A stretch of 64,000 nucleotides of DNA from Mobula hypostoma (Eukaryota): positions 159,094,001 through 159,158,000 of the forward strand of contig NC_086097.1 in assembly GCF_963921235.1 (NCBI RefSeq). The letters are read 5' to 3'. The translations under genes were made by a program, and so were the position numbers. Under the pieces are notes generated by a model. That model was not told the DNA's origin. It worked only from the letters and a program-made list of their open reading frames with translations, and ran no database searches. Of the stretch, positions 1-11,930 are shown piece by piece; the stretch's first letter is position 1; every line of letters begins with the position of its first letter.

Positions 1-56
1 GCAGGCTCGAAGGGCCGAATGGCCTACTCCTGCACCTATTTTCTATGTTTCTATGT
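1..56 (+). mobile_element. CR1 (HER1-like) LINE 3' end
   Basis: GGCCTACTCCTGCACCTATTTTCTATGTTTCTATG tail, same as copies ending at ~40525 and ~51848. Confidence 0.85.
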
Positions 57-2149
57 AGGAGGGGTTGGATATATCTTTTCCAATAATTAGGAATAAATAT
101 CAGGGATGATATAACTTCGAAAGTCTTTAGTTATCCCGCATAAGTACCTTAATGGAACTTGTTACTCAGTGTCAGCTAACTATAAGTGACCGAAAACAAG
201 ATGCAATTTTGGTGACAGAATAAAATGAATGGCATGTTAACTAGCATGTTTCTGTGGTATTTTTAAGACAAAAAGGCAAATGAAGAAATAAGTGTGAAAC
301 TTCAAGGAACACCATGACCTATATCAGATTCTTTTAGTCTGTGTCTTGACATTTATTTTAACTGCATCTCCTGCAATTTCCTCATAACAAAATTAACAGG
401 GAAATGAAGTGACAGAAAATTGCACTATTATCACTGACAGTTCTCTTAAGGGTCAGATCCGTATGTCATAGATTATTTTAGCGAGTAATAGCAGGAGCTT
501 CTGTGCAAAATGAACATTTAATGGACAAATTTATCATGCTTTTCCACATGCAACTTGTGTGCGATGACTAATTGCTAATAGTTATCCCAGGGTTCAGTAT
601 TAAGTCCTTATACTGCAATCAGATTTCGGGAAACCACTTTCTCTGGCAAGTTTTGTTCCCCATTGGAGTTGGAAGCCAGTAAAGCACTGTCACCCCACCT
701 CATCAGCTGTACGATTTCAGAATGATGGCAATGAGATTGACTTTTAATGGAACTTCAGTGTGACCAAGTATCAGATTACCACAACAAAGCACATTGCCTT
801 CAACAGCAAAAAGAACAAGACTAGCAGTGATGTTGGAACACCACTAGTGTCAGAGTCAGAAAGCAATACAGTATGGAAACAGGCCCTTTAGTCTAGCTAT
901 CCATGCCTCCCTAGTTTTCTGCCTAATCCCATCTCTCTGCAGCTGGACCATACTCTAGACCTCTATACCTCTCTCATCCATATACTATGTGAAGATTTCC
1001 CTGAAAACCATATACAACTCTCTCCCACCCCAAATTAGAACTGTTTTTCTTTATCACTCAGTCTGAATATTGAATATTCCTTCGCAACAGCACAGTGAGA
1101 GTTCCTTCACCCGAAGAGGGACATCAGCACCTACTCAAGGACAATTGGCTTTGTGCATTGAATATGGCTTTTATCAAACATAAATCAACAATGTACCTAA
1201 TTATTTTGTAAAGCTGGTACTGTTGTGTTCAAAAAGCACAAAATGTAAGGAATGCAGCAAGTCAGGCACCGTCTATTGGGCGGGGGGTGAGTAAAGAGCT
1301 GATATTTTGGGGCTAATTGTTTACTCTCCTCCCTAGCTTCTGCCTGACTTGCTGAGTTCCTCCAATATTTTATGTTTGTTGCTCAGGATTTCCAGCATCT
1401 ACTGCTGTGTTCGTGAGGGAATTAAGTGGGAGAGTGCCAGGGAGGGAGGACAGGATTTCAGAAACAGCTGAAGTCAAGATGGGAAAGGATTGTCAAGGAA
1501 GACCATACGATCCCATTACATGTGACTTTTTTCATATTAGAAAATGCCTGCTCTGTCCTAACAACACTGAATAAAAATGTTAGATGGCGTATTGAACGAT
1601 AATTTTTCCAAAAATTTTGTATTATGTTAGAAGGATGTACTAAGTCGTAATATTTGTACTAATTTCTGCAGGCCTGTCTGCAAATTCTGGATTATTTTGC
1701 TGAAATAATTTCTCCAAATGATGAGTTTCTAACAAAAAAATAGTTGCCTCTCCTCCCAGTATGTAGCTTGTGGTGCAGAAGATCAATATATAAGAAAGTT
1801 TTAAAGTTAAGTTCACTGTGCTAAAATTTTAAAAAAAGCCTGAATTAAAGGCAATTTTATGTTGTTGTGCTTCTGAGGTAAGAGTCTGATATCCTGGGAG
1901 TTGATTTGTTTGCTTTGTGTCTCTTTAGTTTTTCTCTACCCTTGCTTTCTCTGAGTTCATCTTAAACACGTAGTCCAACTATTATTTCTCTGATTTCATT
2001 TCCAACCAACAGTCCTTCCTAGTATTTTTATCTTACAAATATTTTTTTTACCCAACACAACCATTGCTTATCCTTTCCTCAAAGAATTGATCCATCCCAT
2101 TGTAAATTTACTATACTATGAGTGCTCATAATTTACCAACCCAAAGTCC

Positions 2150-3250
2150 ATAAATATGCTGTCAGGTCACAAATCTTTATCAAGCTCTATTTGTGAGACT
2201 ATAGTAAGATCTTTGACAAGGTTCATAATGATAAGTTGTTTCAAAAGATTAGATTCTATGGTATCCAAAGTAGATAGGTAAATGGATCCAAGAATTAGCT
2301 TGGTATTAGAAGATAGAAGGAGGTGCTGGAGGTTTGCTTTTCTGATTGGAAATCCATGACCAGTTATATACCACACGTATCTGTACTAGGATCCTTGATG
2401 CTTGTGACATACATTAATGACTTTGTTGTGATTGCCTGCATGTGGTAAGTAATTTTTGCAGATGATATTAGAATTCATGATGTCATAGATAGTGGGCAAG
2501 GCTGTTTGAGGCTACATCGTGATGTAGACCAGCTGGAAAGTCAGGCAAATGAGATTTACTCCTGAAAGGTGCAAGGCAATAAATTCTCTGAGAGAAAACA
2601 AGGGTAGGAGAGGCCCTTGGTAAGGCCCTAAGGAGTATTACTGAACAGAGCAACCTTCAAGTACAGGTCCATAGGTCTGTGAAAGCAGTACAGTTGGGTA
2701 ACATGATGAAGAAGGCATGGCGTAGAATATAACAGCTGGAATGTTATGCTATGATTTAATAAAATAATAGGTCACACTGGCAGTGCCAGTGCAGTTCTGG
2801 TAGCGACAGAACAGGAAGGATGTGATTATACTGGAGAGCACATAGAGGAGATTCACCAATATGTTATCTGAGTCAGAGCATATTGATTATATGTATTATC
2901 CAATGAATCTGGATAAACTGGGTTTATTTTTCCTGAAGGGGAGGAGGCTTTGATGTGACTTAATAGAGTTATGTAAAGTTGTGAGATGGATACTGGGCAG
3001 CAAAAATCTGCACTTTAGGGGGTGGGGTAGGACTGTGTTTAAGGTGTGAGATGAGAGGTAAAGGTGTGATCAGAGGAGGAATTCTTTTCAGACAGAAGCT
3101 TGGTGGAGTTTGGTACCTGAAGAGATGGTGGAGATACATGAACCATCTAACGCCTAATGAAGTTAAATACGATTTGTGTCGATATGTAATTGGACATAAT
3201 GGGTTGAAGGGCCTGTGCTTGGTGTTGTATAACTTCAAGATTCATCTATC
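2150..3250 (+). mobile_element. Old degraded CR1 ORF2 (RT to 3' end) fragment
   Basis: Remnants of FDKV, FADD (TTTGCAGATGAT) and QFW motifs, with many stops. Confidence 0.7.
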
Positions 3251-3937
3251 CATGACTCTTAAGGCTGAAAGTCAAGTTTCTGGCCAATATAGCACATGCC
3301 ACCCTTTCTTCTTGCTCTACAGTTTGTTGGACCTGTGGGCTTTGAGCACAATTGAAGTTTTCAGTTAGTGTAGTTGATTAAACTGGTCATTGGCTCCTCA
3401 CTATCATGCCACGAGAATTTCTAGGCATGCATGTAGCTACATACAGCTTTGAGAAACTTAAACTTTGATTATTATTTTGATAATATGGATGTGCAATGCA
3501 GTGTTCCAATTCAAGCTAATTTGCACAGGCATTATTTGTTTGAAAATAGGACCTACTCAAATAATAAGGGCTTCAGAGAATAAAGTTCCTCTAATTAACA
3601 AGAAAAATGACTATTTCCATAATTAATAACCCACTATGAAAATTACCTTTTCAGAAATGCTATGCAGTATTTAATGGAAAGATCATAAATTACAGAAATA
3701 AACAAGCTTGCTCCTACTTTCATTAGTGAAGGAGTTTCAACCCCAAGTGCCTAATAGGTATTCCTGCAATATTTCTTCTCTTTTCACTGTTTCTAAAATA
3801 GGCCATGCAGCCTAAGTGAAACAAGTTAAGAATGAAGGGCACAGATCTTAAGAATATATTATAATAACCTAATAATGGTGCTGTTGGCCTAAATCTGTTG
3901 TAAATAAAGAAGATAAATTAAATAGACTTTCCTCTTT

Positions 3938-4160
3938 AAACACAAAAGGCTAGAGGAACTCATTGAGTCAGGTAGCATCCATGTAGGAAAATCAGCAATC
4001 GAGGCCCCTCGGCTGAACATCCCCATGACTCCAGATGAAGGTTTATGACCGGAAACATTGGCTGTCTATTTCCATTTATAGATGCTCCTGAGCCATTGCA
4101 TTCCTCCCGCACTTTGTCTATTGCTCTACATTCCAGTATCTTAAGACTCTTATGTCTCTA
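3938..4160. mobile_element. Old Penelope pLTR-derived hairpin (MITE-like) element
   Basis: GAGGAACTCA..GCATC arm and inverted GATGCT..TTCCTCC arm around a decayed hammerhead-like core (CAGATGAAGG..GGAAACATTG). Confidence 0.6.
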
Positions 4161-4369
4161 GGTATTCCCTAGTGCTTGCAATAGAGTCAAAGAAAGATTA
4201 TGGAAAAAAGCAAGATTTGCAGGTGCTGTCAATCTGAAATAAAAACAGAAAAATTGAGAAATAATCAGCAATGCTCATCAATTGTGAGAGAGAAACAGAA
4301 TAGCATTTCAGGACATGAGCCTGTTATCCAGTCAAATATTTAGTTATCAATGTGAGAGGTTAATTATTT

Positions 4370-4710
4370 TTGTCTTCCCCCAACAGTATCCAAAGCAATA
4401 CATCTGCTTTGGAAGAAAATGACTGCAGGAGGCTCCTGCACTACCTTCCTTCTACTGCTGGGTCTGTTATTCACTGGATCTTCCCCTGGGCTCTTAAACT
4501 GCGGTGTGACTAACCCACAAAATGTGTTATCCACAACATTCTCAGCATCACAGCTGCTCCAAAGTGAGTCCATACACAGCTTCAGGGCTGTCAGCTGATG
4601 CAACTGGACAAACGTTCTGTACAATTAGTCATCAGGGACTCTGGCAGCCTCCCTGAGTTCTCACAGTGCAAAGGAGAGCATAACACAGGCCTGAGCTCAC
4701 CTGCCATAAC
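4370..4710 (-). mobile_element. CR1 ORF1 N-terminal fragment
   Basis: ORF 4364-4624 (VDNTFCGLVTPQ...LDTVGG) parallels the CR1 ORF1 at 5363 (EIVTP...LDTVGG). Confidence 0.65.
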
Positions 4711-4969
4711 TAAAAAGCTTTGAGCGGGGAGAAAAAGAGTAAAAACGCTTAACCTTCCCTCACCTTACCTTGGTGTTGCTCACTCAGTGAAGCTCGATAT
4801 TCACCAAAGCTCAGTTAGACAGCCAGCAGCCCTTCGGAAGGCAACAACCCCTCTCAAGTAACCACACCAGGAAAAAAAAGGACGATGAATGAAAAAGGAT
4901 CCATGCTTTCCCGATGTATAAGATGAATAAGCTCTTCCTGGGCTTCCATCCAGTACAGATATCGATTTT

Positions 4970-5012
4970 AACTGACGTTTCAAAGACAAACTCTGCCATC
5001 TTCATCAGTGTT
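4970..5012 (-). ncRNA. Minimal hammerhead ribozyme motif (Penelope family B)
   Basis: Reverse complement AACA-CTGATGA-AGATGGCAGAGTTTGTCTTT-GAAA-CGTC-AGTT; core intact, helices imperfect. Confidence 0.6.
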
Positions 5013-5363
5013 GATGCCTAGGCACATCTAGTCTGCTAGTATACTGAATATAACCCTGTTGAATGTCCCTCCTAATTGGTCACCATCACGCCTCCCAATG
5101 TAGAATGATTCTTTCTACTTTGATTAAACATGCGAAAACTAGGAGCATAGGAGGTTTATCGATTTGAGTTACTCATAGAAATCGGCGGTAGCAGAAAATT
5201 GCATTCATAATGGCCATAGAATTGACCTCAACAGCACAAAACTACTGTGCCATGCCAATGGCTTTTGGGAATGTGTGCTGAAGGAAGCCATTGAAATAAG
5301 ATTAAAGAATAAGAATTTTACCAAAGGCAAAGTTCTCGTTCTAAGTATGAACTGGACTTCGAT

Positions 5364-6750
5364 TGTTCAGGGAGATAGTCACCCCTAAAAATCAGGAGAC
5401 AGGTAACTGGGTGACTGTCAGGAGAGGGAAGGGGAATAGACAGAAAGAGCAGAGCACCCCTGTGGCCATTCCCATCAACAATAAGTATACTGTTTTGGAT
5501 ACTGTTGGTGGGGACGACCTACCAGGGACAAGTTATAGTGGTCACGCCTCTGGCACTGAGACTGGACTCTCAGCTCAGAAAGGAAGGAGGGAGAAGAGGA
5601 GAGCAGTAGTGATAGGGGATTTGATAGTTAGAATGACAGATAAGAGATTCTGTGAGAGAGATCAAGAATCCCGGATGGTCTGTTGCCTCCCCAGTGCCAG
5701 GGTCTGCGATATCTCGGATCGAGTTCTCGGTATTCTCAGGAGGGAGGGTGAGCAGCCAGATATCGTGGTCCGTGTAGTGACCAGTGATGTGGATAGGAAG
5801 GAGGAGGAGGTTCTGCAAAGAGAGTTTAGGGCATTAGGTGCAAAGTTGAAGGACAGGACCTCCAGGGTTGCAATCTCAGGATTGCTACCCATGCCACATG
5901 CTAGTGAAGGTAGAAATAGGAAGATAACGCAGCTAAATTTAATGCAGACAAGTGTGAGGTGTTGCGTTTTGGAAGGACAAATCCAGGTAGGACATACACA
6001 GTAAATGGTAAGGCACCGAGGAGTGCAGAGGAACAAAGGGATCTGGGAGTTCAGATATATAATTCCCTGAAAGTGGTGTCACAGGTAGACAGGGTTGTAA
6101 AGAAGGCTTTTAGCATCCTGGCATTCATAAATCAAGGTATTGAGTATAGGAGTTGGGATGTTATGGTGAGGTTGTATAAGACATTGGTGAGGCCAAATTT
6201 GGAGTATTGTGTGCAGTTCTGGTCACCTAACTATAGGAAGGGTATCAGTAAGATTGAAAGAGTGCAGAGAGGATTTACTAGGATGTTGCCGGGTCTTCAG
6301 GAGTTGAGTTACAGGGAAAGATTGAACTGGTTAGGACTTTATTCCTTGGAGTGTAGAAGAATGAGGGTGGATTTGACAGAGGTTTACAAAATTATAAGGG
6401 GTATAGACCGAGTAAATGTGAGTGGGCTCTTTCCACTTAGATTAGGACAGATAAATACGAGAGGACATTGCTTTAGGGTGAAAGGGGAAAGGTTTAGGGG
6501 GAACATTAGGGGGAACTTCTTCACTCAGAGAGTGGTGGGAGTGTGGAACGAGCTGCCATCTGACGTGGTAAATGCAGGCTCACTCTTAAGTTTTAAGAAT
6601 AAATTGGATAGGTACATGGATGGGAGAGGTCTGGAGGGTTATGAACTGAGTGCAGGTCAATGGGACAAGCGGAATAAAGTTTCAGCAAAGACTAGAAGGG
6701 CCAAATGGCCTGTTTTCTGTGCTGTAGTGTTCTATGGTTCTATGGTTTTA
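5364..6750 (+). mobile_element. CR1 LINE with internal deletion: ORF1 SGNH-esterase part joined to ORF2 C-terminus and tail
   Basis: VVIGDLIVR..VCCLPSARV..VVTSDV (GDS/GTND-like esterase blocks), then LYKTLVRPNLEYCVQFWSP..NFFTQRVVGVWNELP and (TTCTATGG)n tail. Confidence 0.9.
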
Positions 6751-6832
6751 TGGTAAATGAGGTGAGACAGTGAAGACTGGATTGGTTGAGGACTAACCAA
6801 TCAGGAGAGACAGACAGCGGGGGAGGGGGGGA

Positions 6833-6897
6833 CTGCACCTATAAAAAGTATTCACCCCCTTTGGAAGTTTTCATGTTTTATTGTCTTACAACATTAA
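6833..6897 (+). mobile_element. Solo outer fragment of the Tc1 terminal inverted repeat
   Basis: CCTATAAAAAGTATTCACCCCCTTTGGAAGTTTTCATG matches both ends of the Tc1 at 7094-8704. Confidence 0.75.
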
Positions 6898-6919
6898 ATA
6901 TTTTGATATTGCCTTCCTT

Positions 6920-7091
6920 TTTATAATCATAAGGCCATAAGACACAAGAGTGGAATTAAGCCTCATGGCTTATCGTGTCTGCTCTACCATTCCAATTTAG
7001 CTGATTTATTTTACCTCTCAGCCTCATTGCCCTGTCTTCTCCCCATGACCTTTGATGCCCTTACTACTCAGGAACCTATCAACCTTTGCTT
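6920..7091 (-). mobile_element. CR1 3' UTR fragment
   Basis: CATAAGGCCATAAGAC tail and CTTCTCCCCATGACCTTTGATGCCC motif as in copies at 27315 and 17640. Confidence 0.65.
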
Positions 7092-7093
7092 TA

Positions 7094-8704
7094 TAGTGCC
7101 TATAAAAACTATTCATCCCGCCCTCCCCTTGGAAGTTTTTATTTGTTTGTTGTTTTACAACATTGAATCACGGTGGATTTAATTTGGATTTTTTGACATG
7201 GATCAACAGAAAAACTCTTTCATGTCAAAGTGGAATCAGAACTCTACAAAGTGATCAAAATTAATTACAAATATAAAACACAAAATAGTTGATTGCGTAA
7301 GTATTCACTTGCTTTAATATGACACACCAAATCATCACTGGTGCAGCCAGTTGGTTTTAGAAGTCACATAATTAGTTAAATGGAGATCACCATGTGCAGT
7401 CAAGGTATTTCAAATAATTGTAGTAAAAATTCACCTGTATCTGGAAGGTCCAACTGTTGGTGAGTCAGTTTCCTGGCAAAAACTACACCATGAAGACAAA
7501 AGAACACTCCAAGCAACTACACAAAAAGGTTATTGAAAAGCACAAGTCAGGAAAATTTCCAAGTCACTGAATGTCCCTTAGAGTACAGTTAAATCAATCA
7601 TCAAGAAATGGAAAGAATATGGCACAGCTGTAAGTCTGCTTAGAGCACGCCATCCTCAAAAACTGAGTGACTAGGAAGGGAACTAGTGAGGGAGGCCACC
7701 GAGAGACCTATGACAACTCTGGAAGAGTTACAAGCTTCAGTAGCTGAGATGGGAGAGACTGTGCATACAACAACTGTCACCCAAGTGCTTCACCAGTCAC
7801 AGCTTTATGGGAGAGTGGCAAAGAGAAAGCTACTGTTGAAAAAAACTCACATGAAATCTCACCTAGAGTTTGCCAGAAGGCATGTGGGTGATGCTGAAGT
7901 CAACTGGAAGAAGGTTCTATGGTCTGATGAAACCAAAATTAAGCTTTTTGGCCACAAACTAAATGCCATGTTTGTCATAAGCCGAACACTGCACATCATC
8001 AAAAACACACCATCCCTACTGTGAAGTATGGTGGTGGTTGCATCATGCTGTGGGAATGCTTCACTGCAGTTGGCCCTGGAAAGCTTGTGAAGGTAGAGGG
8101 TAAAATGAATGCAGCAAAATACAGGGAAGTCCTGGAGGAAAACCTGATGCAGTCTGCAAGAGAACTGCGACTTTGGAGAAGATTTGTTTTCAAGCAAGAC
8201 AATAGCCCCAAGCATAAAGCCAAAGCTACACAGGAATGGTTTAAAAACAGCAAAGTTAATGTCCTGTAGTGGCCAAGTCACAGTGCAGACCTTAGTCAAA
8301 TTGAGAATTTGTGGCTGGACTTGAAAAGGACTGTTCACTCATAATCCCCATACAATCTGACAGATCTTGAGCAGTTTTGTAAAGAAGAATGGGAAAAATT
8401 GCAGTTTCCAGATGTGCAAAGCTGAGAGAAGCTTATCCATACAGACTCAAGGCCGTAATTGTTCCGAAAGGTGAATCTACTAAATACTGGAAGGGGGTGA
8501 ATACTTAAGCAATTAATTATGTTGTGTTTTTTTTTATTTGTAATTAGATCACTTTGTAGAGATCTTTTTTCACTTTGAGCTGAAAGAGTCTTTTTCTGTT
8601 GATCAGTGTCAAAAAAGCCATATTAAATCCACTGTGATTCAATGTTGTAAAACAATAAAACATGAAAACTTCCAAGGGCGATGAATACTTTTTTACAGGC
8701 ACTA
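7094..8704 (+). mobile_element. Full-length decayed Tc1/mariner transposon (IR/DR type, ~1.6 kb)
   Basis: ~215-bp TIRs (TAGTGCCTATAAAA.. / ..TTTTACAGGCACTA), TA on both sides, internal direct repeat AGTATTCAC. Confidence 0.92.
7490..8490 (+). pseudogene. Tc1 DD34E transposase pseudogene
   Basis: MKTKEHSKQL.., WSDETK, KYGGGCIMLW, KQDNSPKH-(34 aa)-IENLW; stops and frameshifts. Confidence 0.9.
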
Positions 8705-8744
8705 TATATACAATATACCACTGGACTAGACGTGCCTAGACATC

Positions 8745-8787
8745 AAGCCTGATGACGGTGGTGGAGTTTGTCATTGAAACATTGGTT
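8745..8787 (+). ncRNA. Degenerate hammerhead motif (Penelope family B, right pLTR)
   Basis: CTGATGA-CGGTGGTGGAGTTTGTCATT-GAAA-CATT-GGTT. Confidence 0.45.
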
Positions 8788-9814
8788 AAAATTGATACCT
8801 GTACCTGCCTGGAAGCCTGAGAAGAATATTGTGGCATCCCAATTGATTTGGCTGTACACAAGACACTAACAGTGGCAGCAGAACTGGCAACATGTTGGTT
8901 AACTCCTCTTTCATTGAGAAGCCTTGTGTACATCAGGAAAAGAAGTTTTTAATCTCCAAATTATGGCCAGCTGGATTGGGATATGGCCAGTTCATAGCCA
9001 ACAGCACTTGCTCATCAGGGCTCAGAAGATTTGAACAAAATGCTGCTACCTCACAAGTCCGATAAACCGTGCAACATAGCCAATTTTTTTTCCAGGTATA
9101 ATGTTCCTTCTATTTCAGATACTGGGCATTGGCTCCAGCTGTTGTGTTGCTTTCCCCTCGCTGTCAATCCTGGCTTCAATTCAAAGCACAGTGGTAGTCT
9201 TGTGTTTGTTCCCAATGGCTTAGTCGTATGACAGACAGCTCATACCTTCCGCGGCTGGTGGCAGACCTAGCTGTCATTTACTTTTTAACAGTTCCTCTGA
9301 GCCATGCTAGTGAATACCCACACATTGCAATGCTTGGCGCTGTTTCCAAGTTTTAGATTAATACATCAACATTGGCAAGACCACTCAACTGGTGATGTTT
9401 TTTGTCATCCTTGATACATTCATATAACTTGCAACAGCTGAAGCCCCCCAGCAAGCACTTTGCATTCAACTCTTCTTCCTCTGGTAATAAAATATTTGTT
9501 AGAACTCATTTCAGCATGACAGTGTAAGTGCTCGGTAATTTGTAGATCATTTATATTTTCATTTTGCCCTTGTAAACAGGTTTGAACTCTGTCCAAGATA
9601 ACAGGCAAAGCTGCTTTCCAAAGTTTTATTCTTGGTATTGGCATTCATGGCCACTGTCTGGGTTTGATGGAGACGGGAAAAGCTGCTACAAATTAATTTG
9701 CATTGTAAATGAGTTTTAGTGAAACGTTATGTGGAAGTGGACAAGATGAGCTCACAGATTAGAATGTCAAGTGATTGAATATTGAAGTCAAACAGCTCAG
9801 CTTCCATAGATACA

Positions 9815-10560
9815 CAGCCATGGAGTTATACAGCATCCCGCCCCCCCGCCCCCCCCCGATCGCCCCCATTGTCAAAGTTTGGCCCATAACCCTCCAGGCC
9901 CTTCCTGTCCACTTACCTTCCCCAAAATCTCTTTGCTGTTGCATTGTCGTAATCTTGACCACTTACTCTGGCAGCTCATTCCAGGTCATAGAGTCCCTCC
10001 GAGTAAAGGGGCTACCACTCTGGTCTCTTTTAAATATCTCCCCTCTTAACTTGTACCTCGGCGCTTTAGTTTTGGACTTCTCCACCTTGGTGAAAACGCC
10101 ATTCCTGTCCACCATATCCATGCCCCTCATAATTTTATAAGCTTTTATGAAGTGACCTCTCTTTCTTCTATGCTCCAAGGAATACACATCCAACATGGCC
10201 TACCCCTCCCTATAACCCACAGCTTTTAGTTCAGACAGCATCCTCTTCTGCATGCGCTCCAGCTTAATAATATCTTTTATATAACAGGGTAAACCAAATT
10301 GAACACAATACATTCAGTGCAGTCTCACCACAACTGGTATAACTTTAACATAATGTTTTGGCTCCTAACCCTGATGCCCTGTCTGATGATGACTGGCATG
10401 CTAATTGCCTTCTTCGCCTCCCTGTCAACTTGCACTGCTGCTTTCAGTGAATTGTGCACATGTAGTCTCAGGACCCTTGGTTCCTCAACACTGCTATTCA
10501 CAATATAGGTTCTATCCAGCTTTGAATATCCAAAATGCATCATCTCATTTATCTAAGTTG
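9815..10560 (-). mobile_element. CR1 ORF2 3' fragment
   Basis: YSLEHRRKRG..YKIMRG..WNELP; MMHFG..HNSLK. Confidence 0.8.
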
Positions 10561-11689
10561 ATATCTCCATATTGTGGAAAAAAATCCTGGTTGATTGTGG
10601 GAATAGAAAATGTTGCATCTGAAGCAAAAGAGTATCATTTATACCTGCACAAGTTACTGAAGAATTACTCCTGACGTTGTTCTAAGCAAGCCCCTCCTGA
10701 ACATGGGTAAAGGGTGATGATGAAGAATGATCTAAGATTAAAGAGAGAAGAAGAGGGGAAAAGTGTGGTAGATGGGCTCTAAATCATAGATAGAAATGTA
10801 GACCTAAACATTAAAGCAATTGTAATGGAAGTTGACTTTGCTGACTTTATCCTCACAGCATTTTATTGATCTCTGAAATAAAAATAGCAAATTCTGGAAG
10901 CAAATAGTAACTCAGTTCAAACTGGTAAAACAAAAGTCTTCAAACTGAAGTACCAGCTCTTCCTGTCCTTCCTCAAATGCTGGTTAACCTCCTGAATGTA
11001 TTCTGCACTTTCTGATTTTATTTTGGATTTCCTGTAGCTGCAGTCTTTTGATTTACATTTATTATTTCTTCTTCACCTGGTCTCTTAATCATTAACAATA
11101 GGGTTTTACTGAATAAATATAAGAAGTAACTAATAAAAAACTATTTTTCATCCAATCGTGGACCACTTATTTGAATACTGTTTCCTGCAATGTATATACT
11201 TGTGTGTCCAGATATACTTGTGTCTCAACCTGAAACCTACTGTTCATTTCCCTCCGCCATCTTGTTACTCTTGAGAAAGGCCCAGTCTGAAAACACAGGT
11301 CCTGTAAAAGGAAGAATGTCATGAACTTACATTTTTATTGTCATTTTATGACAACAGTGCTATTAGTTAAATGGAATGTAATTTAATACTAAATGCATTT
11401 CTATCAATGTAAGAATGAAAAGATGTTACACGGTCTATCTTGTAAATACTTTTTAATATGAATAATAATTACTTTTTATTCTGAATAAAATTAATTTTAC
11501 TATCTCAAGATGTTCCAAACATTTACACTTTAAACAAAAACCTTATAAATTACTATCATTGCAGTGATTCAGGGGGTGCTGTAATCCTGCTTACACCAAG
11601 CATGAGCTATGTGTTGTGAAATTGACCAGAATATCTATATTAGCACCTCAATAAACAAAACACCTCAGATATTGGGAAATAACAATCTC

Positions 11690-11930
11690 AGGCACTTACT
11701 ATCTTAATTTTATTTATTCTCAAGATGTTATCTGATTGATAAATTTTGGCAGGAGACTTGAAAAGGTTCCCTCTTTTTTTTTAATAGTGTCATGAGATCT
11801 TATGTGTCTTATAGAGAAATAGTCCTGGTCTGATTCTCATGTGAATGAAAGTACTTTCCTCAAAAAGTTCAGCCTTTATTTTAGGCTTATGTCTTTAGAG
11901 TGGATGAGCCCATTGCTTTTTAATTCATAA
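11690..11930 (-). mobile_element. Ancient Deu-domain-like SINE remnant
   Basis: AATAGTGTCATGAGATCTT..TCAGCCT..GAGTGG..GAGCCCA resembles the reverse strand of shark Deu-SINEs as I recall them. Confidence 0.4.

Larger units (their letters stand above)
4925..8830 (+). mobile_element. Penelope-like element (family B): inverted pLTR, GIY-YIG C-terminus and pLTR, split by nested insertions
   Basis: 5143-5363 translates EHRRFIDLSYS*KSAVAENCIHNGHRIDLNSTKLLCHANGFWECVLKEAIEI..NWTSI; 4925-5043 is an inverted copy of 8715-8830. Confidence 0.75.
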
